From positions 21,636 to 85,635 of the forward strand of contig MWBW01000004.1 in assembly GCA_002069725.1 (NCBI GenBank): DNA of 64,000 nucleotides, read 5' to 3'. This DNA comes from Firmicutes bacterium ADurb.Bin248 (GTDB lineage: Bacteria > Bacillota > Clostridia > Christensenellales > CAG-138). How positions within the stretch are numbered: the first letter of the stretch is position 1; each line of letters starts with the position of its first letter. Below the pieces are notes generated by a model, which saw only the letters and a list, made by a program, of their open reading frames with translations, made no database searches and was not told where the DNA came from. The position numbers and the translations under genes are program-made. Shown in pieces: positions 54,101-62,156 of the stretch.

Positions 54101-56280
54101 CGCCCGACACGAACTACGGCGTCCGGAACGTGTATGTGGACGGCGTGCCGATCGGCGCCGCGGCGCGCGCGCTTACCAGCGTCACGGCAAGCCACACCGT
54201 CACGGTGGATCTCGCGCGGGTGTACGGCATCGCGGCGACCACCAACAAAGACCGGTTTGGGCAGATCAGCCCGGCGGGCACGACATACGTGCTCGAAGGC
54301 GGCGACCAGACCTACGCGATCACCCCCGCCCCGGGCTGCAAGCTGACGGATGTGCTGGTGGATGACATCAGCATGGGCCCGATCACTTCCTACACGTTCA
54401 CAAACGTCACGAGGGCGCACAAGATCAGGGCGGTGTTTGAGCCGGATATGTATCGCATTACGGTCAGCGCGACCACGGGCGGCATCGTAACGCCGCCGCA
54501 GGGCATCAGTTCGGCGCCCCACGACCAGAGCCTGACGGTTACGATGACACCGGACACGGGCTACATGATCTACGATGTGAAGGTGGATGATGTGAGCGTC
54601 GGACGCCCGGAGAGCTACACGTTCGGCGATAACTGCGACCACACCATCCATGTGGAGTTCCGCCTGTGCCACACCATCACCACGCGCCTCGATACGCGGG
54701 GGGGCGGTTTCTCGCCCGCAGGCCCGTACACCGCGTGGCGGGGCGAGACGGTCGTGTTCACCGTCCTGAGCGACACGCACTATGTCGTCGATTACCTGGA
54801 GATCGACGGCACCAGGTATCCCGGCCTCACCAGCTGCACCTTTAAGGAGGTCAAGGCGAATCACACCATCGCCGTCGGGTTCATTCCCCTGATCCACGCT
54901 TACGCGGGCACAGGCGGCGCGATCTCGCCTTCAGGCGGCGTCAAGGCGGCGTTCGGGTCGGATCAGACGTTCGCCATTACGCCCGCGGAGGGCTATACCG
55001 TCGGGGATGTGCAGGTGGACGGCGCCAGCGTGGGCGCGGTCACGTCGTACACCTTCGAAAACATAGCCGCGTGGCATACCATTTCCGCGGTGTTCAACCG
55101 GATTACGTTCCCGATCGAGGCGACGGCGGGCGTGCGCGGCACCATCTCGCCCGCCGGAACCGCCAACATCCCGTCGGGCACAAACCAGACCTATACGATC
55201 ATGCCAGACGAAGGCTTCGTCGTGAAGGACGTAAGGGTAGACGGCGCCAGCGTGGGCGCGGTCACGTCGTATACCTTCAAGAATGTGACCGCCCCGCACA
55301 CCATAGAAGCGATCTTCGTTACCGGCTTGCCCATCGAGGCAACCGCCGCCGCGGGCGGCGCCATCGCCCCCTGCGGCATCACGAACGTGCCCTCGGGAGG
55401 AAGGCAGGTCTATACGATCACGCCGGACGAAGGCTACCATATACTTGAGGTCCAGGTGGACGGTAAAAAAGTCGGCCCGGCGGAAAGCTACGTCTTTGAC
55501 AATGTGACCATCCCGCACAAGATCAACGCGGTGTTCGCGAAGAATGATTATACCATCTCCTTTGCCGACGAAACGGGGCGGTTTATCAGCGCGCCCGCGA
55601 AGGCGCAATTCGAGGACCCCGTCCAACTCACCGTGACTCCCGCGGAGGGCTGGGAGCTCGCGCCCGGCTCGGTCAAGGTCAACGGCGTTTCGATCGGCGG
55701 CACTTCGTTCACGATGCCTGCGCAGAACGTTGTGATAACGGCCGCGTTCCGGCAGATTTGGTATACCATCACCATCGAAACCATGACCAACGGCATCATC
55801 ACCGCCTCCGCCGGCGCAACGAAAGGCACCGATGTGACGCTGACGGTCGCACCGGCCGCAAGGCATCGCCTGAAGGCCGGAACCCTGAAGGTCAACGGCG
55901 TAGCAATCAGCGATACGTGGTTCAGGATGCCCGCCGCGAACGTGACCATTACGGCGGAATTCGAGCTCAACGTATATTGGACGGATATCTTTCGGCCCCA
56001 CTTCGTCAGAAGGGTAGACGGCGACCGGGGATTCCCCTGCGCCGGTCCGTACAGCGAATTCGAGGGTGTGCTCATCGACGGCGCCTTGGTCGGCTCCGAT
56101 TGGTACGTCGTGACCCAAACGGACATCGGAACCCGCATCACGTTCAAGGCATATAAGCTGGATGACCTCTCCAGCGATATCATCCATTCCATCACTTTCC
56201 TGTATACAGGCGGCGTAGGTTACAATCAGATATCCGTTGGCGACCCCCGACCCGGCGACATTATGACCCGGGCGGCTTAA
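51145..56280 (+). CDS. giant secreted multi-repeat protein, 1711 aa
   Basis: ATG at 51145 after GGAGGAG, with signal peptide MKKLMVAALVFLSILTAATGLFA. An N-terminal Gly/Asp/Val-rich beta-helix-like region is followed by about 12 Cys/His-rich modules. These are followed by 10 modules of about 72 aa resembling (divergent) InlB B-repeats (..GG.ISP.G...V..G.DQTF.ITP..GY....V.VDG..VG....YTF.NV...H.I.A.F). The last ~100 aa are a unique tail. Confidence 0.85.
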   Translation: MKKLMVAALVFLSILTAATGLFALTSPVASVNGTAYDSLQEAVDAAARGQTQDERAVLLLADVDLGGGSVVIDAGDVTLDLNGHTVTGTAQALIVLEDGARLAVTDEGSGCGAILCALEGAGCAIRLEGGSSLVVEAGTIDARGEDDEAVRCGAGSTVVVNGGSVDGIARAKGAAEVRNEGEQNVLQYDLTIGDPPMAGAEVAGLSTIPGLSYPYGPAFTGGEGVVHVWLPEGQTWITVQIGCAVYAGEIHGENPYTATLSLTGYLHDFPQGWLTDAADHWKSCRNCGEEAYRAQHAGGEATCTEPAVCPVCGVPCGDPLGHDFEAEFTIDIEPTCTEPGSKSRHCSRCDEVTDVTPIDPTGHRFSKDWSANDNGHWRDAICGHDLIDEGGPHNPEPDDGDCTTEIRCAECGFVTTPAKEHLWSAWYTSNTEHWHVCEHINCAREADRAQHGGGTATCTEQAVCEVCGKLYGAALGHDFEEIWSGDGSEHWHACTRSGCAEASGRAAHSGGTATCTEQAVCEVCGKPYGAALGHDFEAVWSGDGSEHWHACTRSGCAEASGRAAHSGGTATCTEQAVCEVCGKPYGALLPHDFEADYATDVEATCTEAGSKSRHCANCGAKTDVTEVPPRGHTYSASWSFDLYGHYHKATCEHGGGIGYAAHIGGAATCTQKAVCAECGAAYGSALGHSIPKIWLSDASEHWRACARAGCTETEDRGAHTGGEATCVSGAICSVCGLEYTAPLGHAPDTEWTVDTAATCTTPGSKSHHCTRTGCTYQTDVTLVDPRGHAWGEWTTVNPATCTAEGLERRVCLTGPAHAEERAIPIDPNVHDWGEGVVTTQETCVKAGVRTFTCAHDAAHTKTESIPSSAHTHTLSFNSFNQDQPCALAVTVGGIPLDGGDTALPCGTRFTVTAAPAAGYTLRSLEVNGMSIANGSTQTLMGGNMHILAWVDPITYGVTFVKPDHGTISPAGTQTVNHGSDIAFTIAPDTNYGVRNVYVDGVPIGAAARALTSVTASHTVTVDLARVYGIAATTNKDRFGQISPAGTTYVLEGGDQTYAITPAPGCKLTDVLVDDISMGPITSYTFTNVTRAHKIRAVFEPDMYRITVSATTGGIVTPPQGISSAPHDQSLTVTMTPDTGYMIYDVKVDDVSVGRPESYTFGDNCDHTIHVEFRLCHTITTRLDTRGGGFSPAGPYTAWRGETVVFTVLSDTHYVVDYLEIDGTRYPGLTSCTFKEVKANHTIAVGFIPLIHAYAGTGGAISPSGGVKAAFGSDQTFAITPAEGYTVGDVQVDGASVGAVTSYTFENIAAWHTISAVFNRITFPIEATAGVRGTISPAGTANIPSGTNQTYTIMPDEGFVVKDVRVDGASVGAVTSYTFKNVTAPHTIEAIFVTGLPIEATAAAGGAIAPCGITNVPSGGRQVYTITPDEGYHILEVQVDGKKVGPAESYVFDNVTIPHKINAVFAKNDYTISFADETGRFISAPAKAQFEDPVQLTVTPAEGWELAPGSVKVNGVSIGGTSFTMPAQNVVITAAFRQIWYTITIETMTNGIITASAGATKGTDVTLTVAPAARHRLKAGTLKVNGVAISDTWFRMPAANVTITAEFELNVYWTDIFRPHFVRRVDGDRGFPCAGPYSEFEGVLIDGALVGSDWYVVTQTDIGTRITFKAYKLDDLSSDIIHSITFLYTGGVGYNQISVGDPRPGDIMTRAA
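51979..53762 (+). repeat. array of Cys/His-rich (zinc-ribbon-like) protein modules within the giant CDS
   Basis: Alternating module types: EHWH.C....C.E...R..H.GG.ATCTE.AVC.VCG..YG..LGHDFE and ATCTE.GSKS.HC..C...TDVT...P.GH. Confidence 0.75.
52495..52929 (+). repeat. 171-bp tandem DNA repeat, about 2.5 copies (coding)
   Basis: Units start at 52495, 52666 and 52837. Units 1 and 2 differ at about 11 of 171 positions by manual codon alignment. Confidence 0.85.
53763..55968 (+). repeat. 10 tandem B-repeat-like protein modules (about 70-78 aa each) within the giant CDS
   Basis: Each module ends in ..H.I.(A/V).F. Similarity is at protein level only, not near-identical DNA. Confidence 0.7.
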
Positions 56281-56295
56281 CCAAGGGGCTTCTCC

Positions 56296-56327
56296 GGCCA
56301 TCCGCGCGCGAAAGCGTGCGGATGGTC
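56296..56327 (+). terminator. terminator-like hairpin after the giant CDS
   Basis: GGCCATCCGC...GCGGATGGTC (one G-U pair), starting 16 nt after the stop. No clear T-tract. Confidence 0.4.
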
Positions 56328-56402
56328 GCGCTTCGTGTATAAACGCGCTGTGAATCGCCCGCGAAACCTGCTATACTGATGGAAAACAAACGAGGGGAAA
56401 CT

Positions 56403-57143
56403 ATGCTTCGCATCGCGCTGTGCGACGACGACAGGGAGGATCTCGGGCGGCTCGAACGCGACATCGGCGCGTTCCGGACCGCCTTGGGCCCGGAAGCGGA
56501 GCTCGCGTTGCGCTGCTTCACGAGCGGAACCGACCTGATTTGCGCGATCAACCGCGGCGAGCGGTTCGACATCATACTGCTCGACGTGGTGATGCCGCTT
56601 TGCGACGGCATCGAGACCGCGCGCGAGATCCGCCTCGCGGACAAGGCGGTCAGGATCATCTTTCTGAGCGCGAGCGCCGAGTTCGCGCTGGATTCCTACG
56701 ACGTGAAGGCTTTTTCCTACCTGCTCAAGAGCGGCCCGCGGGAAAAGCTGTTCCTTGCGCTGCGCGAGGCGGCCGGGGAGGTCGAAAGCGCGCCCGGCCA
56801 CTGCGCGCTCGTCAAGACCAAGACCGGTCTCGTCCGGCTCCAATACCATGCCATCGCGTACCTCGAGGTCGTCGGAAAGACGATCACGTTCACCATGAGC
56901 GGCGGGGAGAAATACGAGATGTACGGCACGCTTTCGGATGCGGAGGAAGCGTTCCTGGCCCGGGAACGGTTCCTCAAGCCCCACCGGTCCTACATCGTCA
57001 ACATGGATTGCGTGCGCAGGCTCAGCGAGCGTGAGCTTACCATGGCGGACGGAAGCCGCGTGCCCGTATCCAAGGCGAACTATACCGAGGTGAAGCGGCG
57101 CTACATCGCCTACTGCTTCGGACGGGGTGCGGCAAATGGATAG
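56403..57143 (+). CDS. LytTR-family response regulator (AgrA/LytR type), 246 aa
   Basis: REC (IALCDDD...LLDVVMPLCDG) plus LytTR domain (...IAYLEVVGKTITFTM...FLKPHRSYIVNMDCV). Confidence 0.9.
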   Translation: MLRIALCDDDREDLGRLERDIGAFRTALGPEAELALRCFTSGTDLICAINRGERFDIILLDVVMPLCDGIETAREIRLADKAVRIIFLSASAEFALDSYDVKAFSYLLKSGPREKLFLALREAAGEVESAPGHCALVKTKTGLVRLQYHAIAYLEVVGKTITFTMSGGEKYEMYGTLSDAEEAFLARERFLKPHRSYIVNMDCVRRLSERELTMADGSRVPVSKANYTEVKRRYIAYCFGRGAANG

Positions 57144-58419
57144 CGTTGTGTTATGGATCAACATCTGCCTGCTGTTTTTGTATATCGCGGCCGGCATCAT
57201 GATTCTCGAGGGCTTCGACATGCGCGCGCGCGGGCTGCGGCGCATCCTGTATCCGCTCGCGCTGGCGGCCGTGCTGACGGCCAACCTATATGTGTTCGAC
57301 GCGTACGGGCTGGAGCGGTATCTGCTCCTCTATCCGCTGCTGTCCTTCCTCCCGCTGTTCCTTACATCCCTTCTTATCACGCGCTACCGCGGCGTCAAGA
57401 CGCTGTTCGTGTTCCTGACGGCGACCATCTGGGCCTCCCCGCTGCTGCTGGCGGCGCACGCCGTGTCTCTCCTTTTCGGCCCCGCGCCGCTGGTGAAGCT
57501 CATCGCCTACATCGCGGTTTCGGTCCCGATGCTGCTGCTGCTCAAGCTGTATTTCAAGCCCCCGCTGCTGTACCTTCTGGATAATTACCATAAGGGCTGG
57601 GCGCTGTTCTGCGCCGTCCCGCTCCTGTGCGCGTCCGTATCCTATTACCAGACGCGCTATCGCTTCATGCTCGACCTGGGCACCTTTCGGGAAACCGGGA
57701 TATGGCAGTTCGCGCTGAGCCTGCTGTCGTTCATGACATATCTGCTCATCGTGCAGTACGCACGGCAGATCCGCGAACGGCTGGAAGCGAAGGGCACCTA
57801 CGAGCTGCTCCAGACGCAGCACCGCGGCGCGCTGCTGCATATCGCCTCGCTCAGGCAGTCGCAGAGGCAGTCCGCCGTATACCTGCACGACCTGCGCCAT
57901 CACCTGCGCTACATCCATTCGCTTGCCATGGCGGACAACCGCGAGGAGATCATGAAATACGTCGCGGGCATCGAGCGGGGCATCGACGCCTCGACGAAGC
58001 GGGCATTCTGTAAAAACGAAACGGTCAACCTGATACTCTCGTGCTTCGAGGCGCAGGCGGAGCGGCGCGGCGTCGCCATGGACATCCGCGCCGACATACC
58101 GGAAAAACTGAGCATACCGGACGCCGATTTGTGCGTGATCATATCCAACGCCCTCGAGAACGCGATCGAAGCCGCGGACGCGGCCGGCGACCGGCCGAAG
58201 GTCGTCGAGTTCGCCTGCCGCACGAGAAACGGGCAATTGCTTCTCGAGATCGCCAACCCCTACGCCGGAGAGGTCTGCATCGAGGGCGACACGGTCAGGG
58301 CAAACGGCGGGAGCGGCGGCCTCGGAACGAGGAGCATCGCCCTTCTCGTAGAGAAGCACGCGGGCATATTAAGCTTCGAGGCGCAGGGCGGCAGGTTCGT
58401 GCTGCGCGCCATACTCTAA
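57136..58419 (+). CDS. AgrC-like GHKL sensor histidine kinase, 427 aa
   Basis: About 6 N-terminal TM helices, H-box YLHDLRHHLRYI, N-box ISNALENAIEA, C-terminal GGLGTRSIALLVEKHAG. Overlaps the RR stop by 8 nt. Confidence 0.85.
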   Translation: MDSVVLWINICLLFLYIAAGIMILEGFDMRARGLRRILYPLALAAVLTANLYVFDAYGLERYLLLYPLLSFLPLFLTSLLITRYRGVKTLFVFLTATIWASPLLLAAHAVSLLFGPAPLVKLIAYIAVSVPMLLLLKLYFKPPLLYLLDNYHKGWALFCAVPLLCASVSYYQTRYRFMLDLGTFRETGIWQFALSLLSFMTYLLIVQYARQIRERLEAKGTYELLQTQHRGALLHIASLRQSQRQSAVYLHDLRHHLRYIHSLAMADNREEIMKYVAGIERGIDASTKRAFCKNETVNLILSCFEAQAERRGVAMDIRADIPEKLSIPDADLCVIISNALENAIEAADAAGDRPKVVEFACRTRNGQLLLEIANPYAGEVCIEGDTVRANGGSGGLGTRSIALLVEKHAGILSFEAQGGRFVLRAIL

Positions 58420-58549
58420 ACCGGAGCGCCGCATGGCAAATGAAGAACGCCGCCCGCTTCGCAAGCACAGGCGGCTGTATTTCAAACGGGCATCGCACGC
58501 TTCCCCCTCCCCGCGCCGCCGCCGTCCCGGGCGAGCGCTCATTACACGC

Positions 58550-58578
58550 TTGACAAAATGTGATCCGGCATATATATT
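58550..58578 (+). promoter_or_regulatory. promoter of the FAS-II cluster
   Basis: TTGACA, 17 nt, TATATT, followed by an AT-rich imperfect palindrome (TTAGTTAGTCTATCTAATCTA) that is a candidate MarR/FabT operator. Confidence 0.55.
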
Positions 58579-58615
58579 TAGTTAGTCTATCTAATCTATT
58601 TGACGAGGTGAGCCC

Positions 58616-59077
58616 ATGGATGCATTCGCCGCGCAGCTCAACGGCCTGCTGGTCGATACCTTCCGCACCATACTCAAGGTCGAGGAGCAGATGCTCAGGG
58701 ACCGCCATACGCTCGACCTCTCCATCAGCGAAATGCATCTGATCGAGTCGGTCGGCAAGGGCAAGGAGGAGGGCCTCACCATCAGCAGCATCGCGGAAGA
58801 CCTTTCGATCTCCCTCCCCTCCGTAACGGTGGCGATCAACAAGCTGCAGGCCAAGGGCTATGTGGAGAAGTTCCGCGGCGGGACCGACAGCCGAATGGTC
58901 TACGTCAAGCTCACCCGAAACGGCAGGCACGTGGACGCGATGCACCGCCGTTTCCACGAGATTATGGTTGAAAACATCGCCCGCGATATGGACGAGGCGG
59001 AAAAGGAAGCCCTCTCCAGGGGCATCGTCAGGCTCAACGCCTTTTTCAGGGGCAAGCTTAAGCCGGAGGTAAACTGA
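58616..59077 (+). CDS. MarR-family regulator (FabT-like by position), 153 aa
   Basis: wHTH LTISSIAEDLSISLPSVTVAINKLQAKGYV. Immediately precedes fabH, as fabT does in streptococcal/clostridial clusters. Confidence 0.85.
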   Translation: MDAFAAQLNGLLVDTFRTILKVEEQMLRDRHTLDLSISEMHLIESVGKGKEEGLTISSIAEDLSISLPSVTVAINKLQAKGYVEKFRGGTDSRMVYVKLTRNGRHVDAMHRRFHEIMVENIARDMDEAEKEALSRGIVRLNAFFRGKLKPEVN

Positions 59078-60043
59078 GTGAGTTTTTCGCTGATCGGCAC
59101 GGGCAGCGCGTATCCTGCGCGCCGCGTGACCAACGACGAGCTGGCGCGGCTCGTCGACACTTCGGACGAATGGATCCGCGCGCGCACGGGCGTATACGAA
59201 AGGCGCGTGCTCACGGACGAGTCGCTCGAGGACATCGCCTGCGCCGCCGCGCTGCGCGCGCTCGAGGATGCCGGGGTCGCGCCGCGGGAGCTGGATCTGA
59301 TCGTGTGCGCGACCATCCGCAACGACTACATCACCCCTTCCCTCGCCTGCCTGCTGCAAAAGCGGCTCGGCGCGGGCTGCATGAGCATGGATATCAACGC
59401 GGCCTGCTCGGGCTTCCTCTACGCGCTGGACGTGGCGGACGGGTATTTCGCGCGGGGCCGCATCAAAAAGGCGCTTGTCGTCGCGGCCGAGGCGATGTCC
59501 AAGATGGTGGACTGGACGGACCGCGCCACCTGCGTGCTCTTCGGGGACGGCGCGGGCGCGGCCGTGCTCTCGGAAGGGAACGACCTGCTCTCGCTTCGCG
59601 TCACCGCTAGCGGAAACGCGGAGCACCTGGGCATCCCCAACATCGAAGGGGAATGCCCGTTTTCGCTGCGCGCGGGCAAGCCCCAACACGTGTATATGAA
59701 CGGGCAGGAGGTTTATAAATTCGCGGTCAACGCGCTCTGCCGTGAGCTGGAGGCGATCATAGACGCCGCGGGCGTACGCCAGGAGGACATCGCCTTCGTG
59801 CTGCCGCACCAGGCCAACACCCGCATCATCGACGCCGCCGCGGGAAAGCTTCGGATCGGCGCGGAAAAGTACCTGAGCAACATCGAGCGCTTCGGCAATA
59901 CCTCCGCCGCGAGCATACCCATCCTGATGGACGAATGCCGCAGGAAAAACATGTTTCATCCCGGCGATCTGCTTGCGCTGAGCGCCTTCGGCGGCGGTTT
60001 CACGACCGGCGCGTGCGTGCTGCGCTGGTGCAAGCAATCATAA
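59078..60043 (+). CDS. fabH: beta-ketoacyl-ACP synthase III, 321 aa
   Basis: GTG start after GGAGG. Catalytic Cys (NAACSGF), His (LPHQAN) and Asn (GNTSAAS). Confidence 0.92.
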   Translation: MSFSLIGTGSAYPARRVTNDELARLVDTSDEWIRARTGVYERRVLTDESLEDIACAAALRALEDAGVAPRELDLIVCATIRNDYITPSLACLLQKRLGAGCMSMDINAACSGFLYALDVADGYFARGRIKKALVVAAEAMSKMVDWTDRATCVLFGDGAGAAVLSEGNDLLSLRVTASGNAEHLGIPNIEGECPFSLRAGKPQHVYMNGQEVYKFAVNALCRELEAIIDAAGVRQEDIAFVLPHQANTRIIDAAAGKLRIGAEKYLSNIERFGNTSAASIPILMDECRRKNMFHPGDLLALSAFGGGFTTGACVLRWCKQS

Positions 60044-60069
60044 ATACACCGATAAGGGAGGACCAGACC

Positions 60070-60303
60070 ATGGTATTTGACAAGGTAGCCCAGACCCTCG
60101 CGGAGTTCAAGGGCATCGACGCCGCGGGCATCGCCCCGGAAACCACGTTCGCGCAGTTCGAGCTCGACTCGCTCGACCGCGTGCAGCTCATCATGAACCT
60201 CGAGGAAACCTTCGGCATCCAAATCGACATGGAAAGCCGCATCGAATGCGTGCGCGATCTCGTGGAGATCGTCGAAAAGCAGCTCTCCGGAGGGGCGGCC
60301 TGA
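60070..60303 (+). CDS. acpP: acyl carrier protein, 77 aa
   Basis: FELDSLDRVQLIM phosphopantetheine-attachment motif. Confidence 0.9.
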   Translation: MVFDKVAQTLAEFKGIDAAGIAPETTFAQFELDSLDRVQLIMNLEETFGIQIDMESRIECVRDLVEIVEKQLSGGAA

Positions 60304-61247
60304 TGAGAACCGCGCTCTGCGAGCTGCTCGATATCGAGCAGCCCATATTCCAGGGCGGCATGGCATGGGTGGCGGACGCCTCGCTCGCCTCGGCCGTGAG
60401 CAACGGCGGCGGCCTGGGCATCATCGCGGCGATGAACGCCAACGCGGAGTGGCTTCGCAACGAGATCCGCCGCGCGCGCGCCCTCACGCAAAAGCCCTTC
60501 GGCGTGAACATCATGCTCATGAGCCCCTTTGCGGACGATGTGGCCAGCGTCGTCGCCGACGAGCGCGTGGCCGTGGTGACCACGGGCGCGGGCATGCCCA
60601 CGAAATACATGCGCGCGTGGCTCGACGCGGGCGTCAGGGTGGTGCCCGTGGTGCCCTCGGTCGCCATCGCCAGGCTCGTCGCGCGAAGCGGCGCGTGCGC
60701 GGTCATTGCCGAGGGCTGCGAATCTGGCGGGCATGTGGGCGAATTGACCACCATGACGCTCGTGCCGCAGGTCTGCGACGCGGTGGACATCCCCGTGATC
60801 GCGGCGGGCGGCATCGCGGACGGGCGCGGCGTGGCCGCGGCGTTCATGCTCGGCGCCGTCGGCGTGCAGGTCGGCACCCGCTTCCTCGTGGCGCGCGAGT
60901 GCACGATACACCAGAACTATAAGGATATGATACTCGCCGCCAAGGACATCGACACGGCCACGGCGGGCAAGCGTCTCGGACATCCCGTGCGCGCAATGCG
61001 CAACGCCTTCATGCGCGAGTTCGTCCGCCGCGAGTACGACGCGAGCATCTCCAACGAGGAGCTCGAAGCCTACGGCGCGGGCGCGCTGCGGCTTGCCGCG
61101 CGCGAGGGCGACGTGAAAAACGGCAGCGTCATGGCCGGCCAATCCTCGGGCCTTGTGAAGAAGGAGCAGCCCGCGGCGGAGATCATCCGCGAGATGATGG
61201 CCGAGGCCGAAGCGCTTTTGAAGGGAGGCGGGCCGCTTTGCGGATAG
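60303..61247 (+). CDS. fabK: enoyl-ACP reductase II (FMN, nitronate-monooxygenase fold), 314 aa
   Basis: IEQPIFQGGMAWVA...GLGIIAA N-terminus and ESGGHVG motif. TGATG overlap with acpP. Confidence 0.85.
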   Translation: MRTALCELLDIEQPIFQGGMAWVADASLASAVSNGGGLGIIAAMNANAEWLRNEIRRARALTQKPFGVNIMLMSPFADDVASVVADERVAVVTTGAGMPTKYMRAWLDAGVRVVPVVPSVAIARLVARSGACAVIAEGCESGGHVGELTTMTLVPQVCDAVDIPVIAAGGIADGRGVAAAFMLGAVGVQVGTRFLVARECTIHQNYKDMILAAKDIDTATAGKRLGHPVRAMRNAFMREFVRREYDASISNEELEAYGAGALRLAAREGDVKNGSVMAGQSSGLVKKEQPAAEIIREMMAEAEALLKGGGPLCG

Positions 61248-62155
61248 CCTTCCTGTTCGCGGGGCAGGGCGCGCAGTATACGGGCATGGGGCGGGAGCTC
61301 AGCGAGGTTTCCCCCGCGGCGCGCGCGGTGTTCGCCATGGCGGACGCCCTGCGTCCGGGCACGGGCGAACAATGCTTTTCCGCCTCGAAGCAGGAGCTTT
61401 CCATAACCCGCAACACGCAGCCCTGCGTATTCGCGGCGGATCTTGCCGCGGCGCGCGCGCTCGCGGAAAACGGCGTTACGCCGGAATTCGCGGCGGGCTT
61501 TTCCCTCGGCGAGCTCGCGGCGCTGACCTTCGCCGGCGCTTTTGAGGACGAGGACGGATTCTGGCTTGTGATGAAGCGCGCCGAGCTCATGCAGGCGCAG
61601 GCGGAACGCTTCCCCTCCGGCATGGCGGCGGCGCTCGGCCTCGCGGCGGAGCGGGTCGAGGCGCTTTGCAGGGAATGCGGCGTTTATCCGGCGAATTACA
61701 ATTGTCCCGGGCAGGTTGTCGTTTCCGGCGAAAGGGAAGCGCTCGGCGCGTTCTGCAGCAAAGCGTCCGAAGCGGGCGCGAGGGCGCTGCCGCTTGCGGT
61801 GAACGGAGGCTTCCATTCCCCCCTGATGGCGGGCGCGGCGGCGGATTTTGAAACGGAATTATCTTATTGTTCATTCCATACGCCCAAATATCCCGTCTAC
61901 GCCAACCTCACGGGAACGCCCTATCGCCCGCCCTTCGCGCCGACGCTCGCGCGGCAGATCGACTCCCCCGTGCTGTGGGAAAAGACGATCCGCGAACTCG
62001 TCGCGCAGGGCGCGGATGCGTTCGTCGAACTCGGGCCGGGAAGAACGCTTTGCGGGTTTATGAAGAAAATCGCGCCGGACGCGCGCGCGGTCTATCACGT
62101 GCAGGACCGCGCGAGCCTGAACGAAACGCTTGCGGCGCTCAAAACGGGAGGTTAG
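61238..62155 (+). CDS. fabD: malonyl-CoA:ACP transacylase, 305 aa
   Basis: TTG start after GGGAGG. IAFLFAGQGAQY and GFSLGE active-site serine motif. Confidence 0.9.
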   Translation: MRIAFLFAGQGAQYTGMGRELSEVSPAARAVFAMADALRPGTGEQCFSASKQELSITRNTQPCVFAADLAAARALAENGVTPEFAAGFSLGELAALTFAGAFEDEDGFWLVMKRAELMQAQAERFPSGMAAALGLAAERVEALCRECGVYPANYNCPGQVVVSGEREALGAFCSKASEAGARALPLAVNGGFHSPLMAGAAADFETELSYCSFHTPKYPVYANLTGTPYRPPFAPTLARQIDSPVLWEKTIRELVAQGADAFVELGPGRTLCGFMKKIAPDARAVYHVQDRASLNETLAALKTGG

Positions 62156-62156
62156 C

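Noticed and set aside
51037-54897. 1286-aa ORF on the minus strand
   Set aside because: It is antisense to the giant secreted-protein gene and has an Arg/Ala/Gly-rich composition. Its repeats simply mirror the sense-strand repeats.
58433-58585. 50-codon ORF after the AgrC-like kinase, considered as an AgrD-like autoinducer precursor
   Set aside because: It is highly basic and Arg/Pro-rich, with no amphipathic leader or Cys/Ser-containing core. It has no RBS and runs through the fab promoter.
58295-60037. 580-aa minus-strand ORF. ORFs 62139..63773 (-), 28464..30287 (+), 11413..12804 (-) and 60000..61142 (-) are of the same kind
   Set aside because: All lie antisense to genes with unambiguous catalytic motifs (fabH, accC, ilvE/permease, mmsA, fabK). 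They show the same GC-driven low-complexity composition.
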